A stretch of DNA of 64,000 bases. Origin: Terriglobia bacterium. GTDB lineage: Bacteria; Acidobacteriota; Terriglobia; JAJPHL01; JAPKYU01. The notes beneath the pieces are model-generated. The model saw nothing but the letters and a program-made list of their open reading frames with translations. It was not told where the DNA came from and ran no database searches. Numbering within the stretch: the stretch's first letter is position 1; every line of letters begins with the position of its first letter. The translations under genes were made by a program, and so were the position numbers. The stretch is from the NCBI GenBank assembly GCA_965223005.1, contig CBDCVK010000002.1:128001-192000 (forward strand), in the 5' to 3' direction. Positions 10,162-20,053 of the stretch are shown here, one piece after another.

Positions 10162-11295
10162 TTACCGGACGCGGGCAACCAACAACGTCCGGTCATCCCG
10201 CTGCTCAGATCCGCCAAACTCCCGGACAGTTGTCGAGATGGCAGTGAGCAATGAGGACACGGGTAGGAGGCGGTTGGCCTTCAGGGTTTCCAGTAGGCGC
10301 TCTTCACCAAACTCCAATCCCTCGCTGTTCACGGCCTCGGTCACCCCATCACTGAAAATCACCAACGTGTCGCCGGGAGCGAGCGCAACCTCCCGGATTG
10401 AGCCTCTCCATTCTTCAAACATTCCCAGTGGCACGGTTGTCGCCGGCGGCCGTTCCACGGCTCCGCCGGCACGCAACAGCAGAGGCGCATTGTGCCCGCA
10501 ATTGGCATAGCGAATCCGGCCCGGCGCTTCCTCGTAATACCCAAAGAAGAAGGTGGCGAAGTGGCGCGGATCGCTGGACTCGTAGAACAACTGGTTGACT
10601 AATTGGAGCAACTGCGCCAAATCCTCCTGTGCCAGCCGATATTGGCTGCGTACATTCGCCTGCAGGTTGGCCATCAGCAGTGCTGCAGACATCCCTTTCC
10701 CTGTGACGTCGGCCAGCACCAGCCCGAGCCGACCCGGGCCCATGTCGAGCAAGTCGTAGTAGTCACCCCCGACCGAGTTGGCCTGGATGCAGTCGCCGGC
10801 GTACTCTAGTGTTTTCAGAGAGGGTGTCTTCTGGGGGAAGAGCTTGCTCTGAACCTGCTTGGCATTCTCCAGCTCGCGTGCGCGGAGGTAGTCGCGCTCT
10901 CGCTCGAGTTCGATGATCTGGTCCATCGCCCGTTTCAAGGATAAATGGGTCTCCACCCGAGCCGCCACGACGGGAAAGTCGAAAGGTTTGGTCACGTAGT
11001 CATTCGCACCCAGCTGTAAAGCTTTCACGATGTCCTCTGTCTCGCTTTGGGCCGTCGCCATAATGACCGGCAGCCTTGTGGCAGGATGGGTCTGGCGGAT
11101 GACACTCAACACTTCCAGACCGCTCATCCCTGGCATCAGGACATCGAGAAGAATCGGATCGAAACTGTTCTTTTCAATCTGTTCAAGTGCTTGGGTCCCA
11201 TCTTCGGTAACAGCCACGCTATAGCCCCTCCGCTGGAGACGACGTCTCAATATCTCCCGGTTCATTTCGTTGTCATCTACGACCAGGAGCTGCAC
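10162..11295 (-). CDS. Response regulator receiver fused to SpoIIE/PP2C phosphatase (RsbU-like)
   Basis: LLVVDDNE REC domain; VGGDYYD, ADVTGKG, NCGHN, FSDGVTEA, DDRT motifs. Confidence 0.9.
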   Translation of the reverse strand: MQLLVVDDNEMNREILRRRLQRRGYSVAVTEDGTQALEQIEKNSFDPILLDVLMPGMSGLEVLSVIRQTHPATRLPVIMATAQSETEDIVKALQLGANDYVTKPFDFPVVAARVETHLSLKRAMDQIIELERERDYLRARELENAKQVQSKLFPQKTPSLKTLEYAGDCIQANSVGGDYYDLLDMGPGRLGLVLADVTGKGMSAALLMANLQANVRSQYRLAQEDLAQLLQLVNQLFYESSDPRHFATFFFGYYEEAPGRIRYANCGHNAPLLLRAGGAVERPPATTVPLGMFEEWRGSIREVALAPGDTLVIFSDGVTEAVNSEGLEFGEERLLETLKANRLLPVSSLLTAISTTVREFGGSEQRDDRTLLVARVR

Positions 11296-11420
11296 CCCTC
11301 GCCGAACCTTGGGCAGTGGTCATGATGTCGCCTGCTACATTAAGAAGTTACTCCTGGGCTGGCTCGGATGCAAGGTGCCGTCTAACAGCCGCGTTCAGAT
11401 CGCGCCATTCCCTTTAGGAC

Positions 11421-11612
11421 TCATCCTTTCAGTCGAAACCAGAAGTCGGTTGCTGCAACGGCTCCCAGAACCAGTGTCGCTAAGAAGAGTGCCCACGTCG
11501 CCCACTTGAGACTTCTGGTATGAAGCTCTGCTGCCCACGCAGAACGAACCAAGGCATCCGCGTGCTCGCGAATGGCGCTAGTCAACGAGGCCAACTCAGA
11601 AACTATCGCAGC
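11421..11612 (-). pseudogene. Small helical/transmembrane protein fragment with no start seen
   Basis: Hand translation AAIVSELASLTSAIREHADALVRSAWAAELHTRSLKWATWALFLATLVLGAVAATDFWFRLKG*; 5' end abuts repeat C1. Confidence 0.4.
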
Positions 11613-11640
11613 GTTTTACCGCTCTTCGTCTGACGTCGGC

Positions 11641-11773
11641 GGTCACTTGGCCGTATAGTCGACTTACCGGACAAGTGACCCTCTACGCCCGCCCGGGTAG
11701 TGGGTCAGTTTCCGACAAGCGCGTTATACATCCACTAGGCTGCGTGGCAGCATAGGTAAATTACTAGACAAGT
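11641..11773. repeat. Back-to-back palindromic junction C of the island repeat
   Basis: ...GTGACCCTCTAC-gcccgcccgg-GTAGTGGGTCAG...; contains the 17-mer TGACCCTCTACGCCCGC, identical at 16611-16627. Confidence 0.8.
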
Positions 11774-11982
11774 CCCGAGGAACTAACGCCGTTCCTACGA
11801 GTCTTATGGAGCGGTCTGGCCTGTGTCAGTCGGAAGCTAGGCGGGGCCAATCTACTCTCAGTGAAAGTGCTGCCTGTTACGATTCGTCACGATTTGCTTG
11901 CGCCGCAAAGTCAGGCGCATTAGAATTGTGATCATGCACTGTATACCTTGGTGCAGTGCCTAGGTTCCGCGAGGCGTGCGCA

Positions 11983-13419
11983 ATGTTTTGGGACGATCTT
12001 CCGGAATACATCTCCCGCCGCAAACTGTTGGAAATGTCCGGCCTCGGCCTGGGTACTGTCGCCCTTGCCAGCTTGTTGAGAGCCGATGAGGAACGCCGCC
12101 TCCACAACGACCTGAAGCCGCGGAAGGGCCACTTCCCGGGCACGGCGAAGGCTGTGATCCAATTCGTGCAGAATGGCGGCCCCAGCCAGATGGACCTGTT
12201 CGATCCCAAGCCCGAGCTGACGAAATGGTCTGGCAAGCCGCACCCCGACGGGGTCGAAATCCATCAGCCCAACAATGCCAACGTGCTGCTGGCCAGCCCG
12301 TTCCAGTTCCGCAGGCACGGACAGAGCGGCATTGAGCTGGGCGAGACACTTCCACACTTGGCTACAGTCGTCGACGACATCTGCCTGATTCGCTCGATGC
12401 ACACCGAGCACAACAACCATGCCGAAGGGCTGAACATGCTGCTGACCTGCCGCATCTTCGCTGGCCGTCCGGTGCTGGGGGCGTGGGTGTCGTACGCGCT
12501 CGGCACGGACAATCAGAATCTCCCCGCGTTTGTGGCGTTGCGCGACCCGGAGGGGTACTCGACGCTGGGCAAGCAGCTTTGGAACAGCGGCTTCCTACCG
12601 GCGCTCTACCAGGGAGTGGAGTTCAGTTCCACCGGAACGCCGGTCCGCCACCTGCAGCCCCGGGTGCCGCCGCCGCCCGGGGCGCAGCGGGAGCAGTTGG
12701 ACACGCTGGCTAAGCTGAACAAGATGCACCTCGGCCGCCACACGGGAGACTCCGAGCTGGAGGCACAAATCAAGAACTACGAGCTGGCAGCGCGCATGCA
12801 ACTGGCCGCGATGGATGTCCTGGACATCTCCAAGGAGTCGGAAGCTACGAAGAAGCTCTACGGGCTGGACAACCCTGTGACCGCCGGTTATGGCCTGCGC
12901 TGCCTCATGGCTCGCCGTCTGATCGAGGCCGGCGTTCGCTTTGTGCAGATCTTTCCGGGGAAAGGCGGGCCTTGGGACCATCACTTCAATATCAAGAAGA
13001 ACATGCCGGAGATATGTGCCACCACCGACCAGCCCATTGCCGGCTTGCTGAAAGACCTGAAGAGCCACGGCCTGCTGGAGAGCACGATTCTGCTGTGGGC
13101 GGGCGAGTTCGGGCGCCTTCCGACCACTCAAAACTCCGACGGTCGAGACCACAACCGCAACGCGTTCAGCCTCTGGCTGGCAGGCGGCGGTTTCAAGGAG
13201 GGCCTGGCCTACGGGGAGACCGACGAGTTTGGCTACAAGTCCACAGTGAATCGTGTGGGGGTCGCCGATTTGCACGCCACTGTGATGCATCAGCTCGGAC
13301 TCGATCATAAGCGGCTTACCTTCCCCCACGAGGGACGGGAAGAAACCCCCACCAATGCCAGCATCACAGGCGCGCGCATTGTCGCCGGCATCCTCAAGAA
13401 CCCGCCGAAGGAGACCTGA
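11983..13419 (+). CDS. DUF1501 family protein
   Basis: SRRKLL Tat-like motif; GGPSQMDLFDPKP, WAGEFGRLP, GRDHN, YGETDEFG; start moved to ATG 11983. Confidence 0.9.
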   Translation: MFWDDLPEYISRRKLLEMSGLGLGTVALASLLRADEERRLHNDLKPRKGHFPGTAKAVIQFVQNGGPSQMDLFDPKPELTKWSGKPHPDGVEIHQPNNANVLLASPFQFRRHGQSGIELGETLPHLATVVDDICLIRSMHTEHNNHAEGLNMLLTCRIFAGRPVLGAWVSYALGTDNQNLPAFVALRDPEGYSTLGKQLWNSGFLPALYQGVEFSSTGTPVRHLQPRVPPPPGAQREQLDTLAKLNKMHLGRHTGDSELEAQIKNYELAARMQLAAMDVLDISKESEATKKLYGLDNPVTAGYGLRCLMARRLIEAGVRFVQIFPGKGGPWDHHFNIKKNMPEICATTDQPIAGLLKDLKSHGLLESTILLWAGEFGRLPTTQNSDGRDHNRNAFSLWLAGGGFKEGLAYGETDEFGYKSTVNRVGVADLHATVMHQLGLDHKRLTFPHEGREETPTNASITGARIVAGILKNPPKET

Positions 13420-13423
13420 GACC

Positions 13424-16378
13424 ATGCGGTTTGCTCGTCTGCTGAGTCAGGTTGCAGCGTTGGGCGCGCTGTCGGCAATGACCGTCTTCGCACAGGCCAG
13501 CTTTGAACGGGACGTCAAGCCGATCTTTAAGACCAATTGCTTCAGTTGCCATGGCGGCACCGCGATGGTCGGGCTGGATTTGCGCACGGCCACCTCCATC
13601 CTGCGCGGCAGTCATGAGGGTCGGGTGGTGGTCAAAGGATCACCCGAAAAAAGCCTGCTGTACGAAAAGGTCTCCAAGCGAATGATGCCGCCGCCCGCGT
13701 TCAACTTGAAGCTGACCGATTCGGAGATCGAGACCATCCGGCGTTGGATTGAGGCGGGAATGCCTTCGGAGGAAGAGGCCACTATCGCCGCTAAAACGAA
13801 AGAGGAGACGGCGCGGTTCGAGAAACTGGCGTTGCCCATCTTCAAGAGCCGCTGCTTCACTTGCCATGGCACGGATAACCCCATGGGTGGCCTGGATCTG
13901 CGCATGCTTGAATCGGTGCTAAAGGGAAGCGCAAACGGGCCCGTGCTCTCCGATCTCGGTTCGACCAAAAGCATCCTGATCCGTAAGGTGACCGCTCGCG
14001 AAATGCCGCCGCCGGGCATGGGTAAACCTCTGCGCGACGCCGAAATCCGCACCCTGGCCCGCTGGATTGATACCTCCGATTTGCGCCTCCTGCGGCCGCA
14101 TGTGGCGCGCACCACTTTCAATCAGGCCGAAGCGCCGCCGGTCACAGAGAAAGACCGCCAGTTCTGGGCGTTCCAGAAGCCGGTCGCCGTACCCGTCCCG
14201 TATGTGAAAAATCGGCAGCGCGTGCGCACGCCGATTGACGCCTTCCTGCTGGCGCAGCTTGAAGCCAAGGGACTCAGCTTCTCGCCCGATGCCTCCAAGG
14301 TCACTTTGATGCGCCGCGCCTGGCTGGACCTGATCGGGGTGCCGCCGTCCCCAGAAGACATCCGGGCGTACCTGGCGGACAACAAGCCGGACGCGTACGA
14401 GCGGTTGCTCGACAAGCTCCTCGCCTCACCGCACTACGGCGAGCGGTGGGGCCGCCACTGGCTGGATGCGGCTGGCTACACCGATGTGACCGGGTTTGAT
14501 GGCAGCGTTGAGGGCGCTATTGTCGTAGACGGCATGTGGCGCTACCGGGATTGGGTGATCCGCGCGTTCAACCAAGACATGCCCTACAACCAGTTCCTGG
14601 TGGAGCAATTGGCCGGCGATGAGCTGGTGGACTGGCGCTCGGCTGAGAAGTACACGCCGGAGATCGTGGACAAGCTGATCGCCACCGGCTATCTGCGCTC
14701 CGTCTATGACCGCACCGATCAGGACGTCGTGAATCTGCCGGGAGAGCGGTATGACGTGCTCTTCGACTTGATGGAGAAGGTCTCCACCGGCCTGATGGGG
14801 TTGACGGTTGGCTGCGGTCGCTGCCACAGCCACAAGTACGACCCCATTCCGCAGAAGGACTACTATCGCATGCTGGCGGTCTTTGCCACCGGCCATAACC
14901 CGGTCCACTGGCTGCAGCCCAAGAACCATTTCCTGCCGAGCGTCTCCAAAGTGGAGCAAGAGGAAATCGAACGCCACAACGCGGAGATTGACAAGCCGGT
15001 GGCCAAACTCAAGGAGCGGCTGGAAGCGATTTACGGCCCCTACCGCGAGAATCTGCTGGAAGGCAGGCTCAAGGAGCTCCCGGAAGTTATTCGCGAAGAG
15101 ACGAAACAGGCTCTGGCCACGCCGAAAGACGAGCGGGACACGGTGCAGAAGTTCCTGGCCGCTAAATTTGAGAAACAGCTCACCGTGACCGCGGAGGAAG
15201 TCGTCAAGGCGCTAAGCGAGGATCACCGCGCCACTCACGAGAAGCTGAGCGAACAGATCAAGATCCTGAACGGCTATCGCCGCTCGTGGGACAAGATCCA
15301 GGCGTTGTGGGAAGTGGCGCCGCCGCCCAAGATCCGCCTGCTGCAGCGGGGCGAGGTGGAGCGTCCTGGGCCGCCGGTCCAGCCCGGCTTCCTGGAGGTC
15401 CTCAGTCGGGCCGGAGAGACCGATGCAGTCCGGCCGCCGGAGACGAAGGGCAAAACCAGTGGTTACCGGCTGGCGTTTGCGCGCTGGCTGACCAGCCCGG
15501 ACCATCCGCTGACCGCACGCGTGATGGTTAACCGCGTCTGGCAGCAGCACTTTGGGCGCGGCATCGTGGAAACTCAGGACAACTTCGGCAAGCAAGGCAA
15601 GCCGCCGACGCATCCCAAGCTGCTGGACTGGCTGGCGGTGGAGTTCATGCGTCAGGGTTGGAGCATCAAAAAGCTCCATAAGCTCATCATGACTTCCACA
15701 GCCTACCGCCAATCATCGGAGCGGCCTTCGGGCGGCTCGCTGGCGCTCAAAGTGGACCCGGAAAATCGGCATTTGTGGCGCATGAACCTGCGCCGGCTGG
15801 AAGCAGAAACCTTGCGCGACGCCATCATGGCCGCCAGCGGCAAGCTGGACTGGACGATGGGCGGGCCTGCGGTCGAGGGCCCGTTGATGGCCGACGGCCT
15901 GAAGAAGCTGAACCCTCACGACGACGGGGAAGGTGAGCCGGTTGACGCCGAGCCCATGGGAATCCGGCGGCGCAGCGTGTACGTGCTGGCGCGGCGCTAC
16001 TTCCCGCTGGGGTTCCTGGAGACCTTCGACGCCCCCATCATGCAGACCAATTGCAACCGGCGCATGAACTCGGTGTCGCCCCTGCAATCGCTCACACTGA
16101 TGAACGATGATTTCGTCGTCGAGAACGCCACCGCCTTTGCCGAGCGGGTCGCCAGCATGTCCAATGGCAATCTGGAAGAGAAAATTGAAAAAGGGTACCT
16201 GCTGGCTCTCTCCCGCAAGCCCTCCCGCGAGGAAGTACAAATCGCGCGGGCGCATCTGGCGCGCGAGGAAGATCTGTATCTGAAGGCCAACGCCGCGCCG
16301 GAACAGGCTCGCAAAGAAGCGCTCGAAAGCTTCTGCCACCTGCTGTTCCTCACCAACGAGTTCCTCTATATCGAGTGA
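13424..16378 (+). CDS. PSCyt/PSD1 protein with two N-terminal cytochrome c-like domains
   Basis: [49 protein letters not shown]; ATG 13424 followed by a signal peptide. Confidence 0.9.
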   Translation: MRFARLLSQVAALGALSAMTVFAQASFERDVKPIFKTNCFSCHGGTAMVGLDLRTATSILRGSHEGRVVVKGSPEKSLLYEKVSKRMMPPPAFNLKLTDSEIETIRRWIEAGMPSEEEATIAAKTKEETARFEKLALPIFKSRCFTCHGTDNPMGGLDLRMLESVLKGSANGPVLSDLGSTKSILIRKVTAREMPPPGMGKPLRDAEIRTLARWIDTSDLRLLRPHVARTTFNQAEAPPVTEKDRQFWAFQKPVAVPVPYVKNRQRVRTPIDAFLLAQLEAKGLSFSPDASKVTLMRRAWLDLIGVPPSPEDIRAYLADNKPDAYERLLDKLLASPHYGERWGRHWLDAAGYTDVTGFDGSVEGAIVVDGMWRYRDWVIRAFNQDMPYNQFLVEQLAGDELVDWRSAEKYTPEIVDKLIATGYLRSVYDRTDQDVVNLPGERYDVLFDLMEKVSTGLMGLTVGCGRCHSHKYDPIPQKDYYRMLAVFATGHNPVHWLQPKNHFLPSVSKVEQEEIERHNAEIDKPVAKLKERLEAIYGPYRENLLEGRLKELPEVIREETKQALATPKDERDTVQKFLAAKFEKQLTVTAEEVVKALSEDHRATHEKLSEQIKILNGYRRSWDKIQALWEVAPPPKIRLLQRGEVERPGPPVQPGFLEVLSRAGETDAVRPPETKGKTSGYRLAFARWLTSPDHPLTARVMVNRVWQQHFGRGIVETQDNFGKQGKPPTHPKLLDWLAVEFMRQGWSIKKLHKLIMTSTAYRQSSERPSGGSLALKVDPENRHLWRMNLRRLEAETLRDAIMAASGKLDWTMGGPAVEGPLMADGLKKLNPHDDGEGEPVDAEPMGIRRRSVYVLARRYFPLGFLETFDAPIMQTNCNRRMNSVSPLQSLTLMNDDFVVENATAFAERVASMSNGNLEEKIEKGYLLALSRKPSREEVQIARAHLAREEDLYLKANAAPEQARKEALESFCHLLFLTNEFLYIE

Positions 16379-16538
16379 CAGCGGCCCCCCAAACCCGCCT
16401 CGGCTCATGACGCTTCCGCCCATGCCCAGCCTCCTGCCGTTTGGTGTGCGGAAGGGCTATAGTCACTGTTATGGTGGACATCCACTTCCGTAGAAAGTAG
16501 CGACTCCGGTTTTCCCAGATCAGCTATGCACAAAGCCG

Positions 16539-16675
16539 ATAGTCCCCACAGACGGGCTAGTGTTTATCAATCCCGGTTTCAGTTGGGCGAATAGTTCGCT
16601 TTCCGGAAACTGACCCTCTACGCCCGCTAGGCGTAGTAGGTCAGTTTCCGATAAAGGCGTTATACATCCGGGTGG
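16539..16675. repeat. Back-to-back palindromic junction D of the island repeat
   Basis: Hairpin CGGAAACTGACC-CT-CTACGC-ccgctag-GCGTAG-TA-GGTCAGTTTCCG, then ATAAAGGCGTTATACATCC. Confidence 0.8.
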
Positions 16676-16699
16676 CGACAGGGATGACTAGATCGCGCA

Positions 16700-17047
16700 T
16701 TGTGGTTGATCCACGCCTGCCCAGCAATTAACCTCCGCCGGGGTGGACGAGACAACTCAGAGGGGAATCTCTCTTTACTGAAAGTGTCTTACCTTTCGCT
16801 AGCTATTGCACCTCTTGTGAGTAGACTGTCAGCTTATTTTCACGCAGGAGGGTATAAGTTCATTGCGGCTCTATACTTTGGTAGTCTAAGTGTTGCTCTT
16901 GGCAATCTCGTGTATGATGTTTTCTGTCCGCACATTGTAAAGCGATTTGCAAGTCCGAACGATCTATACATTCAGTGCAAATTGCCATTTATCAGCTTCT
17001 TTCTATACCTCAGTGCCTTTTCGTGGCCTGCTGCCCTGGTGTGCTGA
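16700..17047 (+). pseudogene. Low-GC hypothetical membrane protein fragment
   Basis: Hydrophobic stretches, AT-rich, no clear start; directly follows repeat D. Confidence 0.35.
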
Positions 17048-17122
17048 AATTCCATTGCTGACGAACGATGTCTTGATCGCCAACGCGCTACAGCGAAGGA
17101 AACAGGGAGCTGCCAGTCGCTG

Positions 17123-19706
17123 CTACTCCAGCGGTTCCAGTCCGACATAAGCAAGTGCCACTGACAAAAGGCGGTTATCGCTACCAAGCTTTACTGCTTT
17201 TCCCATAGCAAATTCGATAGCATTGACCTTTCTGCGGGGCAGGTCGTGCGGTAGGGGAGTGACGTGCCTTTTGCTTCCAGCCAAATCTTGCTCGTCCAAT
17301 TTGGCGACGATCAGGTTATTGACGGAAACTTCGATTGATTGTCCAGTGATCGACGTGGGTAAGTAGGTGTCGAACACAAGTTGAGCCCCGCCTTCGGTCG
17401 GGAAAGAAAGATAGGCACGGGCTAGCGCGCCGTTAACCCACCGCATTGGCCGTTCTTGGCCCTCAAGTATGGTGAAACCCAGAGCGAAACGCGAGAAGCT
17501 CGGGTGATCCATTGTCAAGGCTGCCGGAGCCTCTTCTAGATGGGATGGCGAAGGCAGAATCCAGGCTTCGCGACTGAATAGATCGCCACGAATGCGATAG
17601 CGCACAACCTTGGGAAGCGCCTCCAGAACATCTTCACGTGCGCCTCCAGGTTCAATCTCATACCAAAGGAATACGCGTTCACGCTCGGAGGTCTCATTAA
17701 GACTAAACATGGGAACACCCGGGAATTGGCCGTCTAGCAGGGTGCGGGAATTGGTTTATCCGTCTAGCCGTCCAAAAGCATCGTTGATCGTCGCCGGGAC
17801 GTCACCTATGCTGACCTCACTGACCGCCAGCAACTGCGGCAACACGGGGCACGTGAGAATCTTAAGGGTCCCCGAATTGTCGGCGGTTTGCTCGGGGCGA
17901 GGTGTTGAACATCGCGTCGGCGTGGCCAATTATACTCATTATATTTTGTTCTAATCGGAGGAGCACTTCGTTGATAGCAGCCGTTTCGAAGCACTCCCAC
18001 TCACTACTGCTCGCCGAAGCGATGGTGCCACGTGGAGCAGTATAACCAGATCGCTCCCGACAGAGTTCAACGATCCGGGGGTCGAGCCATGTCAGGCTGC
18101 CGTTGATCGGCTGTATGGGCCCAGGGGCCGGCCTGAGGATGTGGTATCATAGTTCCTTTCATCATAAATGCCCACCCTGCTTCCAAAAGCATCGTTGATC
18201 GTCGCCGGGACGTCACCTATGCTCACTGGGGCACGTGAGAATCTTAACCGAAGCGGTTTCTAATATAGCAGCGTTTGCACTCCCACTCACACGTGGAAGT
18301 ATAACCGCGCTCCCGACAGAGTTCAACGATGGGGTGAGCCATGGGCTGCCGTGATCGCTGTGCACGATGATCATAGTTTCATCATAAATGCCCAGTTGCT
18401 TGAGCTTTTGGACCAAGCGTTCAAGTTGCAATAAGGTACAGGTGACCTGGGCGCGCATGTTTTCGTAATTCTCTTTTTGTGTCCCAACGTAGGCACAGTT
18501 CTCGTCAAACAGTATTGGAGAATGCCCGCCCGCGACATGGAAATAGTTGTAAGAGGCAGGACGGTCGTCGGTTGTCATGTTGTCGATAAACAGATCAAAG
18601 ATAGCCGAATAGGTACGCGTTGTTGTCACTAGCTGGGACAGAAACCATCGTTCGTCATTATGGATGTAACGACGAATCAGAACCGGCGTGACCTGAAACA
18701 AGGCAATATCCAAAAGGTCAAGCCCAATCCGTCCCGTATGCGTAGATTTGTCCGAACTGATCGTCCGTCCATGGAAAACGTCGCCAGCCATGCAAGCCGT
18801 GTAACGCCCTACACAAGAGGAACCCCGCGACTGATAGGCGAACGTCTTGAAGTCATGCAGGGCCAACGTGTTAACGATGGAGTGTTCGTTTAGAGTCGTC
18901 CATTTGTACTTAAAAGTGAAAGGCAAAGATGGAACAAAGTCCCTCTCAGGGTCCGGGGCCCGACCTGTCATGAAAAATGAAATCGAAGCAAAAGTGTGTG
19001 GATAGCGCCCTGCAGCACGGGTAAACAAAGTGAAACCATCGAACACTTCAGAATATCGATCGAAGTCAGAAGCGACAATCTCGTACATCAGGGCACCCGG
19101 GGTGTTATCCGGCACAATGTGAATGATGTTGCGCTCTCTGGACAAGCGATAAGAATCGCTAAAGTAAGAGGATAGATCTCGAAAGGTTCTTGCGGACTGT
19201 CGAATCGAATCAGCCGTGGAAATCGTCGCATGAAGGAACCCGATGCCATGGAATAGCAGTATGAAGAGTGAAACAGAATAGAACAGTTCCTGGCGTCTCC
19301 TGAATACAACAATCAGACTTGCAAGGCCGAGGATTACAGCTAGTTCTATATTTGAGAGCGTACTCAGTGCTTCCCAATCAATCAATGTCCCGTCAAAGGG
19401 TCGATGTCTCGCGAAACCAAACAATATCGTGGATTCAATGAAAGCCACGACGCTGAGGAATGTAACGGCAGCTAAGAATATCTGATCGGGAAGCTTGCCG
19501 GCAGCAAAGTATAAGACGGCAATCAAACCGGATGAGGCAAGTAGGAACAAGAAGCACAAGTGAGCGAAGCTTACTGAGAATTCAGTGATGTTGTTCAGAA
19601 ATATGTGAAGCGGAACAAAGAAGAATACTTGGGAAACAAAAGCAGAAACAATCGCCATTACTCGCCAGTCAAGTCGCCTAATCATGAGTGTATGCCCATG
19701 CTTCAT
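17123..19706 (-). pseudogene. Membrane-anchored sulfatase-like/alkaline phosphatase superfamily protein, interrupted at CTAG 17734-17737
   Basis: N-terminal TM helices, NIIHIVPD, YDETMIIVHSDHG; removing the insert joins ...APVSIGDVPATINDAFG-LDGQFPGVPMFSL...; local frameshift near 18250. Confidence 0.75.
17738..18180. mobile_element. Collapsed or garbled copy of the IS5-family element
   Basis: Begins CTAG-CAGGGTGC and ends CACCCTGC, matching the terminal repeat at 22262-22280; 18116-18130 matches IS sequence 22106-22120; interior is interleaved with a copy of 18182-18394. Confidence 0.6.
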
Positions 19707-20053
19707 GGGGCCTCAACTATCCTGAAGTAATTGTCCGTTGTTTCAGTACCCCTTTATTGAGACCATTTGTGCGAAGTCGAGCTCGAGAACGAGTTCGAGC
19801 CGTCTATGGTTAGGCATCTTCGCCGAGGAACCTGGTCACTACCTGCACCAACCGCGGCCATTACAAGAACCTATCAAGTATGACCCTTCGGTCACCGTTA
19901 AGATGCTGCATATCGGGGGACTGGGCGATCACGGGGTCAGCGGGTTTCCGGCAGTCTTGAGGAGAGATTCCCAAATCCAGAGGTTCACCCCAATCTTCAT
20001 TGGCGAGTTCGCACTTGAAGTCCTTTGCGTAGCTTTCATTCGTCTTCAGGACT

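Noticed and set aside
5794-16675. Island repeats as a CRISPR array
   Set aside because: Copies are kilobases apart, in both orientations and degenerate; no regular spacers or cas genes
11641-16675. Junctions C and D as canonical attC or dif sites
   Set aside because: The left box reads ATAGT rather than the conserved AAC, conservation extends past the GTT, and the TAA-N5-TTA spacing and arms do not match dif; kept as an unclassified site
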